Below, one piece after another: positions 47,941 through 60,157 of a stretch of 64,000 nucleotides of DNA. Under the pieces are notes generated by a model, which did not search any database, was not told the origin of the DNA, and saw nothing but the letters and a program-made list of their open reading frames with translations. The position numbers were made by a program, and so were the translations under genes. Source of the stretch: Selaginella moellendorffii (Eukaryota; Plantae; Lycopodiophyta); contig NW_003314292.1 of the NCBI RefSeq assembly GCF_000143415.4, positions 612,069-676,068 of the forward strand, given 5' to 3'. Position 1 is the first letter of the stretch. Each line of letters begins with the position of its first letter.

Positions 47941-49112
47941 ATGGGGAAGGTCCAATGCCAGCGGATTGGATGCGACGCGCTCTTCTCTCCCGATCAAAAC
48001 GACGATGAGAACGCTTGCTGCTACCATCCCGGCGTAAGTTTGTGGTTTTCTTCCCGCGTTTTCACAGAGTTTTGCCTCCAATTTTGATCTTGTGCATGAA
48101 ATTGGAACTGGAACTGGATTTTTTCGAGCAGCCGGTATGTGTTGTCAAATCCGTGCTTGATTTCTTCAGTTTGGGATTGCTGTGGTGATTTCAGCCCCTG
48201 TTTCACGACGGTGGGAAACAATGGAGCTGCTGCAAACAGCAGAGTCACGATTTTAGCTTGTTCTTAAGCATTCCAGGGTACGTCTACTTTCTTCTTCTAC
48301 TTCTTCTTCCTTCTTCTTTTGTGTTTGTTTTTCTTCTTTTTTGTTTTCTTTTATTTCTGCTGCGGTCATTTTTTCGTTCGTTGTTTTGTTCTTCTTCTTT
48401 CTTTTTGGAGGCTAAATTTTCTCCTTGTTCCATCAGCTGTACGCACGGAAAGCACACATCAGAGAAACCAAAACCAGCTCCCAAGTCAAGCAAAACTGTA
48501 CCACAGGGAGACGCCAGTAACACCAATTGCTTGAGATGCAAACAAGGTTTCTACTGTTCAGATCACGGTAAGAAAACCTTAAACCTTTTGTCATTTGTCT
48601 TGTTCATTCGCATGCACGGACGATGGCTTTGATCTTTTTTCTCTCTTTACTTGTCCTTTATGCTCGTAACTTGAAATTAAAATATCTGTTCTTCGCAGGC
48701 TCAAAGATATCGTGTGGACCAGTGGCAGCCCCCAGCAAAGACGTGGAAAAACCAGCTGCGAAAGAAGCTTCGCAATCATCGGTGCAAGCAGCCCCGGCGG
48801 CCCTCTCCAACGTGATTGACTTGGATGCAAAGCGGACGTGCAGGAATAAAGGCTGCGGAAAGGCATTCACCGAGCGAGAGAACCATGAAACTGCTTGCAG
48901 TTATCATCCGGGCCCAGCTGTTTTTCACGACAGATCGAGAGGAGTAAGCTTCTCTTCAGTTTGTCTAGTCTATCCATTCCAAATCCTATGACGCGTTTTT
49001 TTCTGTCTTGTTTTTTTCTTGCTAGTGGGCCTGCTGTGATGTTCATGTGAAGGAGTTTGACGAGTTCCTGGAGATCCCGCCGTGCTCGAAAGGCTGGCAC
49101 AGCAGCCAATAG
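47941..49112 (+). CDS. RAR1: CHORD-domain co-chaperone RAR1 (intact)
   Basis: MGKVQCQRIGCDALF..CCYHPG|PLFHDGGKQWSCCKQ..HDFSLFLSIPG|CTHGKH, CCCH motif CLRCKQGFYCSDH, CHORD-II CRNKGCGK..YHPGPAVFHD..WACCDVHVKEFDEFLEIPPCSKGWH. Confidence 0.95.
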
Positions 49113-49421
49113 CTAAAAAACGAGATGTACATGCGCAGGAATGCTTCGCGATGGCTCTGGCTTGTACGTGAGTTTTCACTCGTTTTCGTTTCTTGAACGC
49201 TTTTCTGTTTTGCTTGATAGGATATTGACACTGCGCGTGAATTGGAACAGGTGTATACGGCGTAAAACAAGCCGTCGTTTAGTCCACTCTTTGTTGTTTC
49301 TTTTGCTCACGTTTTTTCCAAGTCTCGATTGTGTTAGGAAGCTTCGGAAAGTGCTGACTTTGAAGTTTCGTTTCGAGGGCTTCTTAAGCGGAGGTCGAGC
49401 AGCTTGGATCTGGATTCAAGG

Positions 49422-50643
49422 ATGGCTACGGTTTCTGATATCGCTTTTCCAGGACTACGTTTCAATCCTCTGGCAGAACGACGCGGCTACCAGGTTCTAT
49501 CAATCAACAATCACTTGAGCGCGAGGGCGGGATCCAGAATTTCTACGAGAAGGCAACAGGATTTGGTTGCTCTGAAGCTCTACTCATCCTTCCCGGCGGA
49601 ACAAATCTCTCGCTTCTCTTCCGCAAGGCGCTCCAATATCATCGCCAGAGCGAGGTAAGCTTTCGGATCTTTTCCTCTCCGAAAACAAATTCTCGTGAAT
49701 TGTGATGAAACAGTAACGATCCAGATGGCCCAGTTTCGAAGTCCTTTTTCTCCTTGAATATGTGAGAATTGTCATTTTGGGTGCTCTTTTATTTAACCAA
49801 TTCTGCAGATTGGATGTGTTGGGTTTTCTGATAAGAATTCCGGCCCTCATCCTGGGATTTATAAAAAAGGAGAAACAGATTATCGATAAAGTGGAAGGTA
49901 TTAACGTTGCTTTCTTATTGTTCCATGCTAACAGTAAGAATTTTGTGCACTGCTGCACAGATCAAATAGACGACGCAGCAGAAACAGTGAGCGGCATTGC
50001 CGAAGCAATAGAGCAAGTGGCAGGAGTTGTGGAGAAAGTGGCCGAGTCGATCGCAGATGACGCAAGAGACACCCGTGAACTCATGGACAAGGTGAGCACG
50101 CTCATTTGCTTTGCTCCAACCTTCCAAGCATTCTAAGCTTCAACTGTTGGAAGCATAGGTGGAAGCCACAGCGGACTCTATGCGTTCGGACATCGGCACC
50201 GCCATTGACAGCCTGCAAGGAGCTGCGGATCCAACCAAGCCCAAGACAAACGCCGGTGGAGAACCCGACGTCAAGGCCGCAGCCGACGCAACCTCTCGAG
50301 CTGCGGAGAAAGCACAGAAGCTCAAAGACGCGGCGACGGAGCTCGAGGAGAAGCACACAGGTAAGCTCTAGCATCTTTCGCATCACTGTGATTGATCGCT
50401 GGGGAAAGGAAACGAGAGTCAACCATTTACTAAAGCACGAAAGAGATTCTAACAGGGAGTACCACTAACGCGATGAGCAAGTCCCACCACTTTCGAGCAA
50501 TATCGCGGTCTCCTTCACGCGGCAGAAGCGCCGTCACGCTCGTGCTATTGAGTGCCATGCTTTCGAGTTTGATAGTCTCAAACTGGCCGGCCATCCTCAA
50601 GCACGTGTTTGACTTCCTGCTCCACCACAGCATAACAATGTGA
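49422..50643 (+). CDS. Plastid-targeted uncharacterised coiled-coil/membrane protein, copy B
   Basis: Transit-peptide-like exon 1; hydrophobic LGFLIRIPALILGF; AETVSGIAEAIEQVAGVVEKVAESIAD heptads; GT-AG introns. Confidence 0.65.
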
Positions 50644-50748
50644 ATATTCTCTTCCATTTTTTGAAAATCATTGTGACCAAAATTACAGATGGTGTCTCTG
50701 TTTGTCTTGTGAGATGTTTTCTGTGAAGCTTTTTGCTGCTGCTCTTGT

Positions 50749-51629
50749 TCATGATGTTGGGAGTGGTGGTGGTGGTGGTGGCCCAAATTGGTGTGGTTGC
50801 CTCCTGTAATTCAGCTCCATGACAATGCTCCTTCCTGAAGGAGGAGGTGGTGATGGTGTAGCAGTTGTGGCTGATGATGATATTATTCCTCCTGATGTTG
50901 TTGTTGCTGTTGCTGTTGGTGTTGTTGCAGTCATTGATGCTGGGCTTTGCTCATCTGCTGCTGCTCCTGCTTCTGCTGCTGCCGCACTCGAGTGCCAAAT
51001 AACATCACGCACATGCTGTAGCGACAAGCCCGGCTGCAGTAGCTGGCCTCTGCATGAGATCTCCACCTATACTCGGAGGTACCCAAACACAAACACAACA
51101 AGACAACGCGCATAAAGCAATGCCATCAGCAGAGAAGAAGAAGAAGAAGAAGCAAAAGCAAAACAAAAAACAAAACAAAACAAAAGAAAGAAAAAAAAGA
51201 GAGAGTGAGGAAGTGAGGAAAGCTTAAAAGTTGCAAGCAGTACACACACACAGAGAGAGGCAGACTGAGGAGATTCATGATGCAACTAAATGCGCTTCCT
51301 ATATACCATCATTTTTACGGGTCAGAAGATATGAAAGGAATGAAATCGGGAAGGAACAAGCGAGACCACCCCCTGCAAGCAGGACGTACGTGTACTGGGC
51401 TCGCTGTTTTGTGACTCATACCAGGACAGGACAGCTCTACTTTTGCGCAGTTAGGCAGCACAGTGAGTGAATGGGGGAAGAGAAGAGAGTTTCATTCATT
51501 TCCCAGATGAAGGACTCTCCCTGACGACGACGAGAGACTGGAGTGTCTGAGAGAGGTGACGAGCATGCAATGCAACTATCACGCCAGATACGTGTGAGGG
51601 GAGCTTGCCATGCTTCGAGTGTGGATCTC

Positions 51630-51666
<37 letters not shown>

Positions 51667-54021
51667 AAATGACTAAGAAGTATGCGCTAGACTCTGCCTA
51701 GACGTGACGAAGAAATGGACACGACCTGGTCAGACACGAAAATAAAGTAGGCGAGCGTACCTCTGACTCGCACGATAATCCCAGCTTGTGCACCAAGTAC
51801 TTCTTGACATGGGAAACAGGTACCGCTCCATCCCTGCAACAAAGCCACCCCCCAACAAAAAGGCTAATTAGCACCACCATCGCGTACATCCTAAAAAATT
51901 TCGGTACTCTGCGACACACGCCATGCTGCGTGAAGTCGTGTCTACAGCTTTTCTCTCTCCTCTCTCTTTTTCTTTCTCTTGTTTACTTACTTGACCCGCA
52001 GGTAGCCTTTGGGAACTTGTGGCAACCACTGCTCGCTGTCCCTGTAAAGGAATTATCAGTATACCGAGCTTTATCTGAGCACAAAGTAAAGTAGTGGGCT
52101 GGGGGGAGAGTAGAAGTTACTGATTCTCTCCAGCACGTAGGAAGAACCAGAGGTCGTGGTCTCTGACGACCGGTGGAGAGAAATTCCGTCGCTCCCTCGA
52201 GGATGACCCATCCGCAGCAGCCAGGTGCTGGAAGAATGGTAGACTCGCTGCCGAAGAATGCGAGTGCCAGCCTTGTTGGACGTTCGGTGGTGCCGGCACC
52301 CGCCCCTCAAACGCAGGAAAGTTGAATGGTGGCATGGTTTTCATCATTTCCTGGCCACCCAGGACGTGATGCCTTGACCAGGCCGCTGGTTTCATCTCCT
52401 GGTTGCTCCACTGCTCTTGAAGGTCCCGCAAGTTGCTTCTCGAGCGCTGCTGCTGCTGCTGCTGCTGCAAGTCCTCCTCGGCAGCTTTTGGGAAAAGCGA
52501 CTGAATTTGCATGCTGCCACCAAGCCTCTTTATCAAAGCTTGCCAGTCTTCATGAGGTGGCTGGCTGGGCAGCAACCGAGACGTCGCATGGAATGGCGAT
52601 GGCGCAGGAACGTAGACGCTATCTGGTCGCGCCGGAGCAAATAGAGGAAGGCCTTCGGTCTTCCAGGAGATAGCAACGTCCTGGTGCGATCTTTTCCCGT
52701 GACTCAACGTTGCAGTAGCCGGGGCATTATAGCTTCCGCAAAGGAAGCGCCTATCCTCGAACTGACCGAGCTGGGAGCTCGGAAAACTGCCATCACCGCC
52801 ATAACCTCCGTGATGCACCGGTGGATCCGAAAGCGATGCCGCCCTTTGATCGTGGTAGGGGACCAGCGACTCCGCAAACATACTCAGCCGTCGCTGCTGA
52901 TCGATATATCTCGCAGCATCGGTGGTGGTCGCAGCATAAGGAGTGGCTGCATTGCTGGTGCTATAAGATGTCATCAGCTGCGTGCTGGGAGCTTCTTTCA
53001 TCGACTTGAGCAAACCGGCGACCTCGTGTTCCCTGTAAGCCGCCTCTCTGCTGTCAAATCTCACGGGAGGTACATGAGCTCCTCCCCCAAAGTAGAAGTC
53101 GCTGCTGGAAGAAGTTTCGCCATGACCAGCAAACTGTGATGACGGCATTCTCAGAGGACTGTGGGGACTGTACTCCGGTATCTGATGAACCGACTCCGAG
53201 GGAAATAAATGCAGCACTGGTTTCGGTTGTATCGAGACATCACCAGGAGCCTCGAAGTCTTGATCATCCCCCGGATATTCGCTCGCTTCCGGGCTCGCAA
53301 TCTCCTGCCCGGCCTTTGTTGGAGTGGCGCCACTGCTGCTGGGACCGAGTCCCAGTTGGAGCCATGAATCGTTGTAGTAATCAATGCCTTCCCCTGCCCG
53401 TTGTCTACTGGCGCTGCTGTCGTGACGGAACTCCTCCCCTCGAGCTATAGCTTCGCGATCCTCGGCCTTCACCACAGTCTGAGATATAAACTGTTGGCCT
53501 TCTTCCCTGGAACTGAAACCAGGGAAGAGCTTCTCTCTCGCCTGCTGGGACTGCTGCGTTACGAGTGATAGAGAGCCACCGTGATGGAAGTCCACGTCCC
53601 GGAAGGTTTTGTAAGCTTGAGCTGGGTCCAAAGTGGAAGCTCCTAATTCCCCTCCTCCTCCCTGATCGCCTACTAAATTCCTGGAACCCTGCCCGGCGGT
53701 GGTCGCTAGTGTGCAAGCATCATCAAAGCAGCTCGACTTGGAGCTCTCTGCTGCCATGTACTGATCGGTGGTGATCTCCGAGCTGTTAGATCCAGGACTT
53801 GACGAGCTCCTTGCTGCTTCTACTTGCTTGAATTTTTTGTTGACACTGCTGTATGGTCTCGATCCTTGTGCACCATCACCGCCGTCAAAGTTGCTCCATG
53901 GCCATGAATTCCATGCTGCTTTTCTCTTCCGGATCAAGCTAGCTTCTTCTTCCTTGAGAGAGTCCGCTGTTACTTTGCCCAAGCGACCGCAACCATGTAG
54001 ATCGTCTTGTGTGTAGCTCAT
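50749..54021 (-). CDS. LAX PANICLE2-like protein with C-terminal RAWUL (BMI1/DRIP-type ubiquitin-like) domain
   Basis: 634-aa first exon with WLQLGLG and LWFFLRAGENQ; then LPQVPKGYLRVK|DGAVPVSHVKKYLVHKLGL..E|VEISCRGQLLQP..LQHVRDVIW..VMELNYRR. Confidence 0.85.
51634..51662. repeat. (CT)n microsatellite in intron
   Basis: Visible dinucleotide run. Confidence 0.9.
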
Positions 54022-55468
54022 TATCTGCTCATACTTACGATGGAACGAGGAGGCACGCAGCGCTAGCTCTTGGCTCTCCTCGTCCTTGCGATCGTGGCGT
54101 GTGAAGTCTCCTCTCAGTGCACGAAATTGTTGACGTCTCTTTCTATCTCGATCGTGATTCAGCCTGCAGTAGCAGCATCAGTTAGTCACGAGCCCGAGAT
54201 TCCGATAAAAGGAGATGAATGCTGCCGTGCCATGCAATGCTCGCGCGTTCTACTCGATCATGACTCTAGGAGAGATTTTCTAGATGATGATCATCACTAG
54301 AGCTCTAGCAGAGAATTCGGCAGGAGTGATGCAAGGAAGCAAGGAAACTATGATGCTCTGGATTGTTCGACACCACAGAGCAGCGCGGATCAGGTTGCCA
54401 GTCACAATCGAGGAGCAAAGAAAATATCCAAAACAGCGATTGCGACTCACATTATCAGAGAGGCTTGTCAACCCTTGATGAACTGAGCGTTGTCGTCTCA
54501 TAAGAGAATGATCCAGCGCTCTCTCTGCAATCTCGATTTGGAGTCACTCAGGAGCTGCGAGAGAGAAGACTGAGATCCCTGGCAAGAAAGAAAGGAAAGA
54601 AGAACCAAAAATCTCGAGCTGTCGAAGTAGCGTGAGTGAGAGGACAAAGACTCGGAGAATTTCGGCCAATTCCGTGAGATCGAGCGTCAGCCAGCTCGAT
54701 ATTTCGCAGAAAACAAGGAAGATCGGCGCCAAGAACGGGAGATTTCACAAGAAAGAGAGAGAGAGAGGAAAAAAAGAACGCGATCGATCGCGAGAGAAAA
54801 GAAGCCGATCGATGCCGATGGAAAGACCGAATGATCGATCGAGGCGAGGCGCCGCCCGGGCGCTCGATCTTGCACGGCTATCGGAGAAGAATCCCTCTGT
54901 CGAGTCGCGTTGTCGTCCTGGGTGCCATAGCTAGGTAACAAAAGAAAAGAAAAAACCCCACCGCACTCTCTTCTATCTATCTCTTCTTCGTGTGCTCTAT
55001 GGGCAAGCCCATACTACGTAGTGACCGTCGATTACCAGAATGGCACATCCCCCAACATTCCGGATTTGGGGTCCGCCGCCGACAGCTACATTCCGTGGAA
55101 TGTGACACCCAGCGTAACTTACCGTGGCCGCCCTGGTGGTCAGTTGGAAGCTCTCATACCGAGGCACGCTCCCGTGGTACGGCCCCGTACGCACCCATTG
55201 GAGAGGACATGCTGGCAAATGGCCATCATGGGAGTTACATGGGCATGTTTTGCAGGGCTGGCTGGCCATATCTCCATGATGCCTTCATGTGTGCGCGTGC
55301 ACTCACATACGTATAACCCGGTAGAAAATGCGTGGTAATACGAGGTAAAAACTGCGTGAAATTGCCAAGGTAAGTAAATCCACTAGCACACAGATCGGGG
55401 GGTGCACGCGTGCCATCATCATTTCGCGCGCCTGTCCAATACCTGGCAGTATGGAATGGTCCCGGCCC

Positions 55469-55569
55469 CATGCATGCATGCATGCCATGTCCCATCAAGA
55501 ACCCCATGCCATGCGCGCCCGCCCGACGAAGCGATGGCCAATGCCCATGCATGCATGCGTTTGCATGGC
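55469..55569. promoter_or_regulatory. Cluster of RY (CATGCATG) motifs upstream of the LAX2-like gene
   Basis: (CATG)4 at 55469-55484, (CATG)3 at 55546-55557, plus further CATG/CATGCA. Confidence 0.5.
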
Positions 55570-57123
55570 AAAATCATTCGTGGTCCATCGTACGGAAGGT
55601 ATATCCCGCGCATCCACTGGTAAAGCATGGGCTCCTCTACTAGACGAAATTTCAACGCGTCTCCAAAACCATGAAAGAACGTAGTCTCCAAATATGATAG
55701 AATTGTTTGCTTTTACAAGCATAGCCCATGGTGGGCATTATTAAACCACACATTACATAGGAACGTAGTGTTGGATCGACGGGGATGGGGGCTGTAGTTG
55801 TGCGTGCGTGCTCCTTTTTATGTGTGAAAGCACTTTTTTTATTTTTCTCTTTTTTGTTTGTTAATCTGTGCTGCTGTTTTGCCCTGTCACGCTGACGCGA
55901 GCGACTAGGAAATGAATCCCCCGCCGCTACCTTAAGTAAACAAGACACACGACATGGGCGAGCCCTAATAGAAAAACTTGCACTGTGCAGAGGGACAAAA
56001 GCTTACAGCATTGTTTGCAAAAGAAGCTTTTGTTGGTGCAGGTGCAGCGAGAATCAGAATGAAGGTCCTCTCAATCAACACAGCCAAACATTTTTCTTCT
56101 TGGTTTTTCTTTATTTTTTATAAAAATCTCTCTCTTTTTTGCATGTACGTGTACGTAACTTTCCTGTTTGAGGAATCTGGCTCATACTTAGGCAGATAAG
56201 AAGGTGATGGAGTGGTGATGTAAGAGTCCGGATTTAGGGCTAAGCTGCTAGATTATGTACTTGAGAGTTGGTTAAGATCGGGATGGATTGTTTATTAGCG
56301 TTAAGCATGAGTGGTCTCATGGAAATGCGGTGCGTGGTGGTGGGCATCATTCGCAGGTACGTGGAGCGGAAGCTTTTGCATAGAAAATGTACTAGGGTTT
56401 TTTCTTTTGCGTCTGCAATCCCCATGTACGTACGTGACGGGGGGTTTAGAGTAGAAAACAGCATGTTTATCACCAACAATTAGGCAATTTGCATGTATGG
56501 GAAGATGCCGCAAGAGATTCGCCCCTCTGGTCATGATGAAATGCATAAGAGTGAACAGAATGATGCAACTTTTTCCAAGTGTCACGCCTCTATAAATCAG
56601 AAAAGATGGACGGGATCATATGCTTTTTCCAAAGGAATCCCGCCACCTTCATCGGGGCCTGTGACATTGTCTCCAAACAGGTGTAGATCCAAACTTTGTG
56701 AAAACAAAATGCCTAGCCAAGCTTAGCAAGGAACAATTAAGAGCAAAACAGTTTCATACATTTGCCAAAAACTAACTTAAAAGTCACGTCTGTCGCCCAT
56801 TACACATGTAACTCCACACGTCTAAAGCAGCGTTCGGCTTTGTATCGTGGGGCCTCCAAAGCACAGGCACGACTTGTTAAATCCCTCTCGATCTGCTTCT
56901 TCGCGTCACTTCGCCATGGATTGAGCATATTGGGGTTGAGAGAGGGGTCAAAGCCGCGGCCTTGCATGCAAGCAAGAAAGAGGAAAAGGAAAGCTGCGAA
57001 AGCAAAGTATTTGACCCTTTTGTGTGTGTTGTGTTGGTGGGGAATCATCCGTCAATCAATCCACACACACGAGCAAAGGGAGTCCACCACCTAGAAATCG
57101 AGTAATAGCCCCTCGCTCAGACT

Positions 57124-57248
57124 GGGAATCTCCATGAGAGAATCTTCTTCTCGGTCCCGGCATCACCACCACCACCACCACCACCACCACCACCACCACC
57201 TTTGTAGAAACTGTGAGAGCCCGGGAATCTCCAAGAGAGAATCTTCTT
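57124..57248. repeat. 27-bp direct repeats flanking a (CCA)n tract
   Basis: gggaatctcca(t/a)gagagaatcttcttc at 57124 and 57222; (CCA)~12 in between. Confidence 0.9.
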
Positions 57249-57649
57249 CCGCCACCTGGGTTTCATCCATAGGTTCTTTTGCTTGGAGGCCTGGATGCCG
57301 TCCATCGTAGGCCTTCCACCGTACGATTGCCTTGGCTCTAGCTAGATGCGAAGTGTCAAGCCCGGAATTTCGCTCGATTTGGATGCGCGAGAGGAGAATC
57401 CGGCCGCAATGGCGATCGCAATACGCTCCTTGATTGAAATTTCCCTAGACCCGATCGAATCGACCCTAGAATTCGTTTACCCATGGGTTTAGTGGAAGAC
57501 GGTAGCGGCAGCGATCGCAGCGACGACGGCGTATGCCAGGCACCAGATCATTCCCGCAAAGATTAGCCGCAGTGCCACAGCCAGCTGCATCGTGATAGGG
57601 GTGAGCGTGCAACGAAGAGCCCTAAAGCAATCGTGGCCGTTTGATGCAC

Positions 57650-58190
57650 TTAACCTTTTCTATTCAAAAGGAAAACCATTGTATGAAGAACAAGATAGCA
57701 ATAACTAAAAGAGTCACTACGATCAAGAGTCCCGAGCTCTGATCGACCACTCTTTCTTCTTTCAAGGGCGTTTTCTCGACCACTTCCAATTCGATTTTCC
57801 TGTGTTCTCCAGGGCAGCACTTGATGATTTCTTGAGCGCTTCTTCTTTCTCTTCAAATTGTCATGATCCAGCTCGCCATTCTTAGATGGTGGCGCTGCTG
57901 AGTTTTTCTTGTCCTTTTTTATGATCACTTCATGAGCCATTCGCTTGTTTCTTGCTATCCATATCGATGTTCGTTCTAAGAACCGACCATGGATTCGAGA
58001 CTAGCACGAAATCGTCAGTCTTTTTCTTGCCAACAATCTCATTGTCCTCGTTAACCAGAGATGAGGACAAGGCCTTTTCACTAGATACTGTAACCTTTGG
58101 CTCAATCCAGCCATTTTTTTTGTGTCTCTGTGACTTGGCTACCTTCGGTGCAGTGGCTGCATTCTTTGCCCTCGCCATAGGTTTTGCCAT
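57650..58190 (-). pseudogene. Lys-rich hypothetical ORF remnants; part is duplicated in inverted orientation at 63296-63545
   Basis: Overlapping 86- and 96-aa ORFs; KNGELDH.NLKRKKKR is shared with the ORF at 63126-63386. Confidence 0.45.
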
Positions 58191-58398
58191 GCTATGCCCG
58201 GTTTTATATTGGTAGAAGGTAAACCGAGAATTTAAAAGTGTCGAGGTCTTATCTCTTACAAAAAGGTATATTGATTGAAAGAGTCAGATATGTCATCAAA
58301 TATATATCAGTTATCGTTGCCTCAATCTTGCCTCAAGAGTTTCTCAATCTAGTTTTTCCCAATCTTGCCTCAATCCTCCAAGAGTTTCTCAATCCTCC

Positions 58399-59761
58399 AT
58401 GGAGAGGCGTCGCTCTGTGCTTTGTTTCCTACTGGCTCTTGTGGGAATTTCGTCGTCCTCACGTCGAGGCTGCTGCTATCTCAGGGTTTGCTCCTATTGC
58501 GCGCAAGGTCTTGCCAGCTGCCCTAGGAAAGGGAGTCAAGACTGTATGGAAGGAAAGACGAACTCTAGCCAACTTCACCGAGTTTAGTTTGAGAGGAGGA
58601 GACAAAGGCCTAGAGACGAACTCGGAATTCTTCTGGGCTGCGTGCTCTCCTTGCGTCGATTGCAATGTTTCCACAAACGATCCCCTCTTTTCATAGGCAT
58701 CATCCACATCTTACACTAGAATTCCTTGCACCTCTCCTTCCTGCTCGACATCCCCTGGTTTCTCCACAAACGCTTGCGGATCTTCAGCAGTGGGTTCCAC
58801 GACTTGCTTATATAATTTTTCTTACAGCACCGATTACTCCTCAGCTGGTGAGATGGCTAGTGATGTTGTAGCCATGAAAACTCCACGCAAAACTAGAGGC
58901 AATAAGAGCCTCAGAATGTCACTTGGATGTGGTCGAGAAAGCACGGGATTGCTGGGAATTCTCAATACATCAGGCCTGGTGGGATTTGCAAAGACAAACA
59001 AGTCATTCATTGGACAACTTGCTGAAATGGACTATACAAGCAAGTTTATCTATTGTGTTCCATCTGATACGTTTAGTGGCAAAATCGTGCTCGGCAATTA
59101 TAAGATATCATCGAACTCCTCTCTTTCTTACACTCCAATGATCGTAAATTCCACTGCGTTGTATTACATCGGCTTGAGATCCATAAGTATCACCGATACG
59201 TTGACTTTTCCGGTGCAAGGCATTCTTGCAAATGGAACTGGAGGAACGATCATTGATTCAACGTTTGCATTCAGCTATTTCACACCAGATTCCTACACCC
59301 CCCTTGTGCAAGCCATACAAAACCTCAACTCCAACCTTACTAAAGTATCGAGCAACGAAACTGCAGCACTGCTCGGCAATGATATTTGCTACAATGTTTC
59401 TGTAAATGCTGACACACCACCACCACAAACTCTGACTTATCACTTTGAGAATGGCACACAGGTTGAATTTCGGACATGGTTTCTGCTAGATGATGATGCT
59501 GAAAATGCTACCGTGTGCTTGGCTGTTGGAGACTCACAGAAGATGGGGTTCTCACTGAATGTTATAGGAACCTACCAGCAGCTGGATGTGGCAGTGGAGT
59601 TTGATCTGGAAAAGCAGGAGATTGGATTTGGAACAGCAGGATGCAATGTCAGCATGAACCTTGACACTTCTTCTGGTTTTACATACGTCTTCGTGTGGAA
59701 ATCTTCTACAACTCAAGCGTTTTCTTTTCTTCCTCTCCTGACGTATCTCCTGCTTGTTTAA
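58399..59761 (+). pseudogene. A1 (nepenthesin/TAXI-like) aspartic protease pseudogene with GPI-like hydrophobic tail
   Basis: Signal peptide frameshifted from the body; TAG at 58694; FFWAACSPC, SGLVGF, YYIGLRSISI, GGTIIDST, NVIGTYQQLD..VEFDLEKQEIGF. Confidence 0.85.
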
Positions 59762-60157
59762 GTAGGACACCTTCAAAACTTTGTCTTGTCAATTTTACTA
59801 TACAAACCGCGTCAACATAGAAAATTCAGTCTGGATTGATTTGTAAACTCGAGATATATAGCTTCTTTGAATTCTCAATACATCAGGCCTGGTGGGATTT
59901 GCAAAGACAAACAAGTCATTCATCGGACAACTTGCTGAACTCGCAGCAAGAGAAATCCATCCAAGCCACAAGAAAAGATGGAAATTAATTGTGTCGTTGA
60001 CGCGTGCCCCAGATTGCGATTGCCTCCGGCATTTGGAGTGCGGCTGCACGATGGGGGATGAGTTCTCGCCGCGTGCCATGAAAACTTCGTGTCTGGTAGC
60101 TAGAACCTGCCACGACTAAAACCTCGGACGTCCCCATCATCCAACGGCCATGATGCG

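Larger units (their letters stand above)
46916..50695. repeat. Segmental tandem duplication, copy B
   Basis: Co-linear with 42707-46440. Confidence 0.92.

Noticed and set aside
51519-51545. tgacgacgacgagagactg resembling miR535
   Set aside because: Too many mismatches and no convincing star arm
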